Source: Candidatus Gottesmanbacteria bacterium (lineage in GTDB: Bacteria > Patescibacteriota > Microgenomatia > UBA10105 > UBA927). Taken from it: a stretch of DNA of 64,000 nucleotides. Each line of letters starts with the position of its first letter. Within the stretch, counting starts at the first letter, position 1. The DNA is taken from contig CAIJMI010000004.1 in assembly GCA_903821745.1 (NCBI GenBank), forward strand, positions 85,542-149,541, given 5' to 3'. Below the pieces are notes generated by a model. It was not told where the DNA came from. It ran no database searches and was given only the letters and a program-made list of their open reading frames with translations. Position numbers and translations under genes: made by a program. Below, one piece after another: positions 20,589 to 29,497 of the stretch.

Positions 20589-21370
20589 AACAAATAGATG
20601 CAGAACAAGAAACAGGAAAGATTATTGCCTTTATTAAACAATCATTTCAAAGCGCAGGATTTTCAGATGTAGTAATTGGACTTTCTGGTGGTGTTGACTC
20701 GACAGTTTCTTGTATCCTTGCGACTCGTGCATTAGGGTTAGAACACGTGTATCCGATTCTTTTGCCCTATGGACCATTAAATACAAGAGGTGTCTTGGAT
20801 GCCATGGAGCTGATTGAAAAACTCAAGCTTCCCATGAGTCATGTCGTACGGATTGATATGCAACCTGCGGTTGATGCAATTGTTCGGATTGATCCGTTTA
20901 TGAACCGCATCAGAAAAGGCAATATAATGGCACGTGTTCGTATGACGTACCTGTTTGATCAGGCAAAAAAAAGAAATGCACTAGTAATGGGCACAGAAAA
21001 TAAAAGTGAACATCTGTTGGGATATTTTACGCGATTTGGTGATGAAGCCAGCGATGTAGAGCCAATATTACATATGTATAAAACGCAAGTATTTGTATTG
21101 GCAAAATATCTTGAAGTGCCGCAAACTATTTTGAATAAAGCTCCATCTGCAGATTTATGGCCCGAGCAAACAGACGAGGGGGAATTAGGATTTACCTATG
21201 AAGAAGCAGATGAAGTATTGTATTTAGCAAATGACGAACATAAATCCAAGGCAGAAATTATCAAGAGTGGTTTGGGTGAAATCCAAGTTAATGCGATTTT
21301 TCAGCGTATTGATAAAAATAAATTCAAGATCTTAACGGATCATGGGATAAAATTTTTTGGTATGTCGTGA
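20585..21370 (+). CDS. nadE: NH3-dependent NAD+ synthetase
   Basis: PP-loop SGGVDS motif; overlaps nadD stop (ATGA). Confidence 0.85.
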   Translation: MKQIDAEQETGKIIAFIKQSFQSAGFSDVVIGLSGGVDSTVSCILATRALGLEHVYPILLPYGPLNTRGVLDAMELIEKLKLPMSHVVRIDMQPAVDAIVRIDPFMNRIRKGNIMARVRMTYLFDQAKKRNALVMGTENKSEHLLGYFTRFGDEASDVEPILHMYKTQVFVLAKYLEVPQTILNKAPSADLWPEQTDEGELGFTYEEADEVLYLANDEHKSKAEIIKSGLGEIQVNAIFQRIDKNKFKILTDHGIKFFGMS

Positions 21371-21430
21371 TGGCATCACAGATAAATCCCATGCTATAAT
21401 CTAAATAGCGTAATATTTATTTATATATTT

Positions 21431-24400
21431 ATGGGAACAGAATCAAAAGAGGGTTTAGGAAAAGCAATCGAAGCAACCGTTCAGGTGGTTAAAGCTGCTG
21501 TTGGAATAGAGGGAAACGATCAGTCGCAAACCACCATTGCCGCGGTGAGAAAAATAGAAAAAGAAAAAGCTGAAGCAAGAAAAATTACAGAAGGACTTGA
21601 AACCAATCCATCAAAAACCGAAGCAGAGCTCCAGAAAAAACCAAAAGAACACGTTTCTATTAAAGAGGCGAATGTTCTTTTAGAAAAAGCAACGAGTGCC
21701 CCGCAGGCAAAAAATGTTACATGGTTAATCAGTGAGGTTGGAGATGTGCACCATAATCCAGATGCAATTGCTTTTGTTGCAAGAATTGCAGAAGCGCCAA
21801 CACAGCTGCAAGACGATCCACATTACCTGCTTGCAGAAGGAGCAAAACTTTTTTGGTCAACACCATGGGGTGAACTTTCATCTGAGGCGCACAGGGAAAC
21901 AAGGGCAATATTAAAAAGTGTGTTTAATCGTGTTGAACAACTGCGAGAAAATAATCCAGATTTTACCATTGACCCCGACGTTGTGCGTGAAGGTTTACTT
22001 CCAGAGGCAAGGATGGGACAAAGACAACGGCAACAGAGAAATGGACCACACGTAATGGCGACAGCTGATAATTGGCTAAAAGATTTTGATATTCCTAAAA
22101 ATGAAAGAGGAGAGGTAATTCCGATAAGTGCTGATACGGCAAGAGTAGTTGCTCGGTTCCAAGAATTAGGAAGCAAACAAAATCCTAGAGAAATATCAGA
22201 AGCATGGACGGAAATAGAAGAACTACGAAGATCACAGGCGCATTTAATATCTCCAGATGAAGAGGCATATCTTGAAAGAGTGAAAAAACGTATTTATGAA
22301 ACATTTTGTACGATGAATGGTGACAGATTGCAATTTAGTCCAAATGAATTAAATCAAATTATAAGGGGTCCAAACGCAGCAAGTTTGCGTGATAAATTGT
22401 TTTATGACCGTATTAAAAAGATCCTGTTAAATCCAAACGAAGAGACGCATAAACAAATTAATCTTTATGATCAAGTGGATATGGACATTCTGATGTCCGC
22501 ATACTCTCAAGCTGTCGAAGTTGATCCTCGTACGGGAGTAGAAAGGAAAATCGGTTCCAGTGTTCAGGCACATTATCAGAATCTTTATGACACAATATTA
22601 CGTTTATCAGATACGGAATTTTGGGCAAGGCATCCCGCTGGCGATGTAGAGAATTTACAAAAAACCCTTGGTTATTTTGAAAATAAATTTGCTGTTGAAG
22701 CAATGTCAGATCCTCTTGTTGAGGATATGACGCAATGTATGGAATTGGCCATAAAATTTGTTCGCGATGCAAACGACGGCACCATTCCAGGTGAGCTTTC
22801 ACGATATAATCCAAGAACACAAAGGACATATATTGATGATTTAACATTACAATTTTTTAATCAACGAATGAGAAGTGGTGCAGTAAGAGACTATGTGAGA
22901 AATCCTCAAACTGGTATTCCTGAAGTGGACCCAAAAAATAACGGGAGAACTTTTCTTCGTTCAGACAACGCATTTCATTTTGATACTTTAGTTGAAGAGG
23001 AAAAAGAACTTCGATTATTAGCAACCCTTCGTTTAGCAAAAGGCGTTGGTATTATTACAAATAGAACCATAGAGCTTTACGCTTTCACGCGTACTCCAGG
23101 GGTGGGTCCAAAAGCTGAATCAGGATCTAGATCTGGTTTTTCTAGCAAGGCTTATGGAGGATTAACTCGGTGGACAAATCCGCTTTCCGAATGGTTTGAA
23201 ATGTATGGTTTTGGTGATACATTACATGTTCCTTTTTTCAATGCGCTTCTTGGTGCCGATGGAAAACCGTTTAATTGGAACATGGATCAATTTAAGGAAG
23301 TTATTGATTTAGTCATGGGTGGTGCAAGCGAAAAACAACTTCAAGCAAAGTTCGGACCAAACGCTGGACGAATAATGGATATGGTAAACGACTTTAGCTT
23401 TTCAGGTAGGTTCGGTCCATTATCTATGTGGGGAACGAAAGATGCGACGCTTGATTGGACATTCAAAGAAAACGAACGGCTTGGTGGTTCCATGCGATTG
23501 TCTTTGGCTGGAGGTTGGGCAGAGGAAAAGGTTAAAGCGCGATTTGAGAAAGCTAATGCACATCAAGGATGGACAAAAAGGCAAATGGATGAAGAGTGGA
23601 CAAACGCACGGTTTGGCGAAGGACATTGGGGGGAAAATAATCAATGGAAGCGGGGTGTGGAATTAGAAACCAAGGCATACAAAACGCTGATTTGGTCTCA
23701 AAGCATTTTAAGAAATCCCTTAGGCGCTGCCGCATCCCAAAAAATTGAATACAGATCCTTAGATGGTAGAACACATCAAGGAAAATTAAAAAGCAAAATA
23801 TTACATGATATTTTTCTTCCTGAAGATTTAGCAGCATACGGTCTTACTGACTTGGTGGTGGAACGAGATGTTGCATCAATGCGGTCAATTAGCACGGATA
23901 AACGTTTATTGATGGAACGGATTTCAGTCGTTGATAGTGATTTAAGTTCTGTAATGCGATATGCAATGAATAGTGGAGAATTTCCGCGAGATATTGAATT
24001 GTCAGATTTTGAACGATGTATCGTTGGAGACATTATTATTGATGGGCCCAATGGAAAACTAACAATTACCGAAGAAACACGAAGAAGACAGGCAACGGAA
24101 TTTTGGAAAAAGACTCAACGAGAAATATTGGGGAAAGCAGTTGGAGATGGAGGTCGAGGTTTCGATGCATTAGAAATTAGACAAGAGCTTGGAATTCAGG
24201 GGAACGATGCGGTTCTTAAGCCCAGTGAGATAATCTTTTCTAATATCAACAATTTGGAATCCATTATTGAGAATGCCGCATCATCTAATGCCGCTATGCC
24301 ATTAAAGGAAATGCTTCAGCAACGAATTCAGGTTCATCTTGGCACTGAGGATACTCAATGGAGATATTTAGATTTAGACACGCTTGGAGATCGTCATTGG

Positions 24401-24952
24401 GGGCGTCGTGGAGGAGATAATTTAACTCGGGCAAAAACAGTAAAACTAATGATGGACTATTTTCATAAGCTTGTGGGAAAACCAAAAATGGAAGATTTGG
24501 TAAAAGCTATTGCCGAAATTGGACAATCAGAAAAAGGACATGATCCCAAGGAGGCAGCTAAATTTGCATATATATGGGCAACAGCAACAGCGGACATTTA
24601 TAGACAAAGAAATCTTGCGGAAATTCCGTTTATTGGAAGAATTTTACCAAAACTGGGTATTCCTATGTCCATAGCGCAGGAAAAAATGGGTGTAAATAGC
24701 GCAGATTTTTGGAGTGCCAATAATATGGTGAAATTTGCAGATTTACTTGGGGGGACAAGAGTTATACCAGGACAAAGAATCATAGACGGAAAAGACTTCG
24801 GTCCATATAATATGAAGAAATTTAGAAAAGACATAGGAGCCAGCCGTATCGCAGCGGCGCTTGAAATTTTGATTATTGGTGGTTCATTGGCCGCTGTTAC
24901 ATCCATGTTAGCAGGTGCAACAAAATCCATGGAAGACGAAAAGAAGAAATAA
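21431..24952 (+). CDS. Giant (1173 aa) tail-anchored hypothetical protein within T4SS locus
   Basis: No signal peptide, no recognisable catalytic motif, single C-terminal TM helix (IAAALEILIIGGSLAAVTSMLAG) followed by KKK; sits between nadE and virB6-like gene. Confidence 0.5.
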   Translation: MGTESKEGLGKAIEATVQVVKAAVGIEGNDQSQTTIAAVRKIEKEKAEARKITEGLETNPSKTEAELQKKPKEHVSIKEANVLLEKATSAPQAKNVTWLISEVGDVHHNPDAIAFVARIAEAPTQLQDDPHYLLAEGAKLFWSTPWGELSSEAHRETRAILKSVFNRVEQLRENNPDFTIDPDVVREGLLPEARMGQRQRQQRNGPHVMATADNWLKDFDIPKNERGEVIPISADTARVVARFQELGSKQNPREISEAWTEIEELRRSQAHLISPDEEAYLERVKKRIYETFCTMNGDRLQFSPNELNQIIRGPNAASLRDKLFYDRIKKILLNPNEETHKQINLYDQVDMDILMSAYSQAVEVDPRTGVERKIGSSVQAHYQNLYDTILRLSDTEFWARHPAGDVENLQKTLGYFENKFAVEAMSDPLVEDMTQCMELAIKFVRDANDGTIPGELSRYNPRTQRTYIDDLTLQFFNQRMRSGAVRDYVRNPQTGIPEVDPKNNGRTFLRSDNAFHFDTLVEEEKELRLLATLRLAKGVGIITNRTIELYAFTRTPGVGPKAESGSRSGFSSKAYGGLTRWTNPLSEWFEMYGFGDTLHVPFFNALLGADGKPFNWNMDQFKEVIDLVMGGASEKQLQAKFGPNAGRIMDMVNDFSFSGRFGPLSMWGTKDATLDWTFKENERLGGSMRLSLAGGWAEEKVKARFEKANAHQGWTKRQMDEEWTNARFGEGHWGENNQWKRGVELETKAYKTLIWSQSILRNPLGAAASQKIEYRSLDGRTHQGKLKSKILHDIFLPEDLAAYGLTDLVVERDVASMRSISTDKRLLMERISVVDSDLSSVMRYAMNSGEFPRDIELSDFERCIVGDIIIDGPNGKLTITEETRRRQATEFWKKTQREILGKAVGDGGRGFDALEIRQELGIQGNDAVLKPSEIIFSNINNLESIIENAASSNAAMPLKEMLQQRIQVHLGTEDTQWRYLDLDTLGDRHWGRRGGDNLTRAKTVKLMMDYFHKLVGKPKMEDLVKAIAEIGQSEKGHDPKEAAKFAYIWATATADIYRQRNLAEIPFIGRILPKLGIPMSIAQEKMGVNSADFWSANNMVKFADLLGGTRVIPGQRIIDGKDFGPYNMKKFRKDIGASRIAAALEILIIGGSLAAVTSMLAGATKSMEDEKKK

Positions 24953-24963
24953 TAACCAATAGC

Positions 24964-26343
24964 TTAGGCTGAAGGAGGTTTGGGTTTTGTCTTCAGATTC
25001 TGCAGAATTGATTGTCCATAATAGAAACCAGATACCGCTTGTGTCCCCGTTTGGAATGCTCCAGTAATTGGGCTTAATGCAGCTCCTGCACCCATCGGAA
25101 CCATTGGTTTTGCTTTAAGTGATTCTTGGATTCCTTTGACGATATTTGGAATGATAAAAAGCATACCAAGACCAATAAGCCCTCCAACACCTCCACTACC
25201 GGTTCCCAACATTGGAGGAGTCCAGGTTTTTGTAGATGTACCAATTAAATACCAGCTTACAGTTATGCAAATGGCAGTGATTGGAAAAACGATGAGATGA
25301 GAAATAAGATTTTTTATCCACGAAGCAAACCCATTTCCTCCTGGAACAGCATCGAGCAGTAATTGAATAGGAGCGGTAATAAGACTGATAATGATTTGTA
25401 TGTATGCGTTTAAAAGCATGAAAAAGAGGCGAACTCCACCAAAGAGAAAAGCAAGAGATAAAAGAACAAAGATTAATACTCCCACTACATCATAGACTGG
25501 ATTAAAAAGAGCAAAATAACCAAGTTGTGATTGGCCAGGAAAGAGAAAAGCCATGAGGTCGGGTAATGAGTTAAATCCTGCAAGAAGACCTCGGTTGACA
25601 GCGGAAAAACTACTACTGGAGATGCGCGTAATATGTCCAGCATCAAACATTCCTGTGGGACTTGCATTAACAATAAGTTGAACCCCAAGAATAAGGACAA
25701 CATACATAAGATCAATTAAAATTCCAACAATCGCATAGGAGAAGGTAATAAGAATAAGGGTGATGACGATTTTTGGGAGCGCATTTTGGACTGTTACAAC
25801 AGTTTTTGGATCAATCTTTTTTCGAAACATCACCATAAATCCAATGACAACCATGATGATTGCAAGAAGCGCGTAGCTAATATTTCGGAACGCTTTCCAA
25901 ATGGGAAGGAGTGTTACAAGTCCAGAAAAACCTATGCCTTGCGCATATGCTTTTTTGGGCATAAACCCAAGGGTTTGTCCCATATCTTGCACAAAGGCAT
26001 ATGTTGATGCGGGCGGATTTGCATACATGGTATAGATATAGTTAGATAATCCAGCCATGGCACTTTGTTGCCGCATCGCCTCTGCATAGGGAGTATTCAT
26101 ATCCGCAGCAGATACTGTCAGCCCAGGAACAGGTCCTAAGACACGCCTCACAAAATCTGAGTAGTTATTAGTGTTTACATTTGATACATGAGCAGCAGCG
26201 TTAACATCAGATTGTTTTGCAGCTGCGCTCATGCTTTCTGCATAACCCGCGTCCACCCAACTGGTCTCTTGTGCGTGCACACGAAGAGGCAGTAAGAAAA
26301 GGGTAAAGAGAAAGAAAATCACGTAATACAAGGACCGTTTCAT
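24964..26343 (-). CDS. VirB6/TrbL-like polytopic T4SS membrane protein
   Basis: Signal peptide (…LPLRVHAQE) then >=6 TM helices over 459 aa; immediately upstream of pilin-like gene array. Confidence 0.5.
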   Translation of the reverse strand: MKRSLYYVIFFLFTLFLLPLRVHAQETSWVDAGYAESMSAAAKQSDVNAAAHVSNVNTNNYSDFVRRVLGPVPGLTVSAADMNTPYAEAMRQQSAMAGLSNYIYTMYANPPASTYAFVQDMGQTLGFMPKKAYAQGIGFSGLVTLLPIWKAFRNISYALLAIIMVVIGFMVMFRKKIDPKTVVTVQNALPKIVITLILITFSYAIVGILIDLMYVVLILGVQLIVNASPTGMFDAGHITRISSSSFSAVNRGLLAGFNSLPDLMAFLFPGQSQLGYFALFNPVYDVVGVLIFVLLSLAFLFGGVRLFFMLLNAYIQIIISLITAPIQLLLDAVPGGNGFASWIKNLISHLIVFPITAICITVSWYLIGTSTKTWTPPMLGTGSGGVGGLIGLGMLFIIPNIVKGIQESLKAKPMVPMGAGAALSPITGAFQTGTQAVSGFYYGQSILQNLKTKPKPPSA

Positions 26344-26381
26344 ATTGGTATTATCTGTTACTTTGCAACAAGCGTCAAGAT

Positions 26382-26756
26382 TTATTGCGTTTTATAAATT
26401 TGAAATATCGTCAAGTTTTGAATGCCGGTAACTTTTTGAATAATAAGAAGAATAAGATAGCTACCAACGAGAAGTGCAAGGCCGATAATCGCATTGGAAA
26501 TGGTCCCTTTGGCTTTTTCTAGTTTTTTTTGGTCACCGCCGGAAAAGAGGAAGGTAAATCCTCCAATGACCAGCATGACAAATAAGACAACGCCAGCAAA
26601 TGCAGTAACAGCACGTATCACATTGCCAAATACCGAAACTAGCGATGAAATGGTTGCAACATCCGCTGGTCCATTAGGCCCAGCCTTTTCCAGGCCAACC
26701 CAATTAGAAGTTGCTTGCGCAAGGGTGTTCATGATGTTAAGTATACCAGATATCAA
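26382..26756 (-). CDS. VirB2/TrbC-like T4SS pilin family protein (paralog 1)
   Basis: Two hydrophobic helices separated by conserved GG(F)TFLFSGGD..K motif; ~100-135 aa; member of 6-gene tandem array. Confidence 0.5.
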   Translation of the reverse strand: MISGILNIMNTLAQATSNWVGLEKAGPNGPADVATISSLVSVFGNVIRAVTAFAGVVLFVMLVIGGFTFLFSGGDQKKLEKAKGTISNAIIGLALLVGSYLILLIIQKVTGIQNLTIFQIYKTQ

Positions 26757-26803
26757 AAATCCCCCAAAGGGGGATTTTTGAATATACTCTTATTTTTAAC
26801 AAA

Positions 26804-27136
26804 TTAATACGGTTTTGGAAGGTTAATTCCTTGAGAACCGATGATGTTGACGCCTAAGAAACTCTGCACCAACATCATAATTGCCCACGCCGCTCCGACG
26901 ATAATAAGTCCAACGATTGCATGAGTAATTTTATTTCGTGCTGCTTCCATGGCTGCTTTGTCTCCACCTGAGGTAATCCATTGAAGACCACCCAAAATCA
27001 AGAACAAAAATGCCATGAGTGCGGCCAAAATAAGGAGTGTTCCGACAACTGCACTTATTAGTTGTCCAACATCGGTAATGCGGATACCCGTTGGTTGTGC
27101 AACAGTAAGATCAGCTGCAAATAGTTTTTCTAACAT
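26804..27136 (-). CDS. VirB2/TrbC-like T4SS pilin family protein (paralog 2)
   Basis: LILGGLQWITSGGDKAAMEAARNKITHAIVGLIIV motif; strong SD (AGGAGGTGA) upstream. Confidence 0.5.
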   Translation of the reverse strand: MLEKLFAADLTVAQPTGIRITDVGQLISAVVGTLLILAALMAFLFLILGGLQWITSGGDKAAMEAARNKITHAIVGLIIVGAAWAIMMLVQSFLGVNIIGSQGINLPKPY

Positions 27137-27222
27137 ACGTCACCTCCTTAAATTACTTTACAATTAGTACAAAATAGGAACAATGCTTATTTTATTATAC
27201 GGTACTCACTGTAAATCAGCAA

Positions 27223-27570
27223 TCAACCACCAAACGATGGAATTTTGAGTGCTTTGATGTCGATACCCAAAAATTGTCCAATCAGCGTGAATATCGCATA
27301 TGCTGCTGCAACAATAATCAGTCCAATCATTGCATTCGTTATTTTATTTCGTGCCTGTTCCAGTTGTGCTTTGTCTCCGCCAGACGTGAGCCATTGAATG
27401 CCGCCAAGGAGAAGATACATAAATGTGAGAAAGAATGCAAAAATAAAAAGAAGCCCTGCAATGTTACTGACTAATTTTCCAATGACGGTTCCTCCTTGTT
27501 CAGTTGTTCCAGACCCCAAAAGTGGTGGGAGAACGGGATTCGTAATTTGTGCAAGTATTTGTTGTCCCAT
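27223..27570 (-). CDS. VirB2/TrbC-like T4SS pilin family protein (paralog 3)
   Basis: LLLGGIQWLTSGGDKAQLEQARNKITNAMIGLIIV motif. Confidence 0.5.
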   Translation of the reverse strand: MGQQILAQITNPVLPPLLGSGTTEQGGTVIGKLVSNIAGLLFIFAFFLTFMYLLLGGIQWLTSGGDKAQLEQARNKITNAMIGLIIVAAAYAIFTLIGQFLGIDIKALKIPSFGG

Positions 27571-27572
27571 GA

Positions 27573-27980
27573 TTATTTAAAAATAATACTATTTATATTC
27601 GGTGATAAAATATTTGTCCATCCAAAGAATTGGCCTGCAAGCGCAACAATAGCCCATCCTACAACAACAATGACCAATCCGATGAATGCATTGGATATTT
27701 TATCACGTGCTTCCGTGAGTTTTGCTTTATCTCCTCCAGCAGTGATCCAACTAATACCGCCAAGTAAAACTTGGATGAAAAACCATATAGCTGCAACAAC
27801 AGTTAAAAGACCAATAATGGCAGAGATCGCTCCGGTAAATTTCGTCATGACGTTACCAGCATTAAAACTTCCGGTTCCAAAAGGACCAAGACCAGATCCG
27901 CCAATGCGATCGGTTGTGAGTGGTACGGCCTGCTGTGCGAGAAGTCTATCCATATTAAGGTGTGACGGCTGATGGGCCAT
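27573..27980 (-). CDS. VirB2/TrbC-like T4SS pilin family protein (paralog 4)
   Basis: VLLGGISWITAGGDKAKLTEARDKISNAFIGLVIV motif; real start may be internal Met (MDRLLAQ) removing overlap with next gene. Confidence 0.5.
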   Translation of the reverse strand: MAHQPSHLNMDRLLAQQAVPLTTDRIGGSGLGPFGTGSFNAGNVMTKFTGAISAIIGLLTVVAAIWFFIQVLLGGISWITAGGDKAKLTEARDKISNAFIGLVIVVVGWAIVALAGQFFGWTNILSPNINSIIFK

Positions 27981-28335
27981 AAATAACTGGTTTTAATATA
28001 AACATTGCATCTCCAAATAATATGTATCCAAATAAGGCAGCAAGAACGAACGATCCCGCAATAATGGCAAGTCCAAGGAGTGTTTGCCAAATTCTTCCCC
28101 AGGCTTTGGTGAGTGCTTTTGAGTCGCCACCAGCGCTCATATATTCAAAACCAGCAATAATTAAATTGATGAATGCGTAAATCCCGGCAACCACAAAGAC
28201 AAGACGAAGGAGATTGGATAAAAATACGACTAAACCACCACCTCTGACGTCGGCATACGGAAGGGGATTTGAAATTTTTCCGATAATGTCAGTTGCTGAC
28301 GTGTCTGCTAGAGCAAAAATGCGTTCGATAAACAT
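27955..28335 (-). CDS. VirB2/TrbC-like T4SS pilin family protein (paralog 5)
   Basis: LIIAGFEYMSAGGDSKALTKAWGRIWQTLLGLAII motif. Confidence 0.45.
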   Translation of the reverse strand: MFIERIFALADTSATDIIGKISNPLPYADVRGGGLVVFLSNLLRLVFVVAGIYAFINLIIAGFEYMSAGGDSKALTKAWGRIWQTLLGLAIIAGSFVLAALFGYILFGDAMFILKPVIYGPSAVTP

Positions 28336-28336
28336 A

Positions 28337-28651
28337 TTATTTTGGTAAAATGGTTACTCCGGTAATTATTTCAATAATCTGTATGATCCAGTAGGAAGCA
28401 AAAATAAGAACAAGCCCAATTGCTGCTGATGTCAGTGCTTGTTTACTCTGTTCTGCTTTTTTTGCATCCCCGCTACCTGCTGATACTATAAAGCTAAAAC
28501 CTCCAAAAATCAATAAAACTAAGAAAATAACGCCTGCGATAACGAAGGCGTTTTTAAGGATAACATTAACAAAAGACCCGATGGTAGGAAATGATTTGGC
28601 GGGAGCAAATACTTGTCCAATATTAACTGTTGGAATTGGTTCCATATTCAA
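28337..28651 (-). CDS. VirB2/TrbC-like T4SS pilin family protein (paralog 6)
   Basis: LIFGGFSFIVSAGSGDAKKAEQSKQALTSAAIGLVLI motif. Confidence 0.45.
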   Translation of the reverse strand: MNMEPIPTVNIGQVFAPAKSFPTIGSFVNVILKNAFVIAGVIFLVLLIFGGFSFIVSAGSGDAKKAEQSKQALTSAAIGLVLIFASYWIIQIIEIITGVTILPK

Positions 28652-28703
28652 AAGTGTACGAAATCTGCGTTAGAAACACAAGAAGGGCATTTCATGGTAT
28701 AGT

Positions 28704-29255
28704 ATGAAGCACGGTATGGACGATGCAAAACTGATTTCTCGAATACTTGCTCGTGACGAACACGCCCTCCACGAGTTTTATATTACTTACGCGCCAAAAT
28801 TGCGCAGGTTTATCCAAACAAAAATTCAAAATCCAAATGATGGGGAAGATATTTTACAGGATACACTCTATGCATTTTTGGATGCTATTCGTGATTTTCA
28901 AGGCAACTGTCAAATGAACACGTTTTTGCAGTCAATCTGTAACCATAAAATTATTGATTACTATCGTAAAAAAAAGATACGAAATGTGGTATTTTCCCAA
29001 CTACCAGAAGTGGAAGGTTTAGTTTCTCCCTTATTAAATCCCGAAGAAGCGCTTGATGAAGTTGTGTTACGTGAGGAATTGCATAAAACATTAAATAAAT
29101 TGCTCCCGCAATACAAGCATGTTCTGTATTCCAGATATATATTAAACATGCCGGTTGCGGATATCGCAAAAAAACTCGCAGTTACTTTAAAAAGTGCAGA
29201 ATCGATGCTGTTTCGTGCAAAAAAAGCATTTGTCAAAACCCATGAACACATTTAA
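28704..29255 (+). CDS. RNA polymerase sigma-70 factor, ECF subfamily
   Basis: Region 2 (ILQDTLYAFLDAIRDF..) and region 4 HTH (MPVADIAKKLAVTLKSAESMLFRAKKAF) signatures; 183 aa. Confidence 0.8.
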   Translation: MKHGMDDAKLISRILARDEHALHEFYITYAPKLRRFIQTKIQNPNDGEDILQDTLYAFLDAIRDFQGNCQMNTFLQSICNHKIIDYYRKKKIRNVVFSQLPEVEGLVSPLLNPEEALDEVVLREELHKTLNKLLPQYKHVLYSRYILNMPVADIAKKLAVTLKSAESMLFRAKKAFVKTHEHI

Positions 29256-29472
29256 ATACAAAAATTTGGTTTCTCGGTGGAGAGAAACGACAGAGTTGAC
29301 GCCACAGACGGTTGGGCCATTGACTGGACTGTATAAACAGGTTACCCATCGATTAAAAATCATGCCTATTCCAACGTTGATTTTGTTAAGCTGTATTCTT
29401 GTTTGCGGTGTTGTGTTTCTTTTAGGGCCTTCTATTGCTTCCCTGGTGAGCCTTCTGCAGCGAGGGTTTTAA
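29242..29472 (+). CDS. Putative single-pass anti-sigma factor (small membrane protein)
   Basis: Overlaps ECF sigma stop; short cytoplasmic N-terminus then one TM helix (PIPTLILLSCILVCGVVFLLGPSIASLV); assignment by position only. Confidence 0.3.
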   Translation: MNTFKYKNLVSRWRETTELTPQTVGPLTGLYKQVTHRLKIMPIPTLILLSCILVCGVVFLLGPSIASLVSLLQRGF

Positions 29473-29497
29473 CGTCCTGTTACGACAAATACTATAT

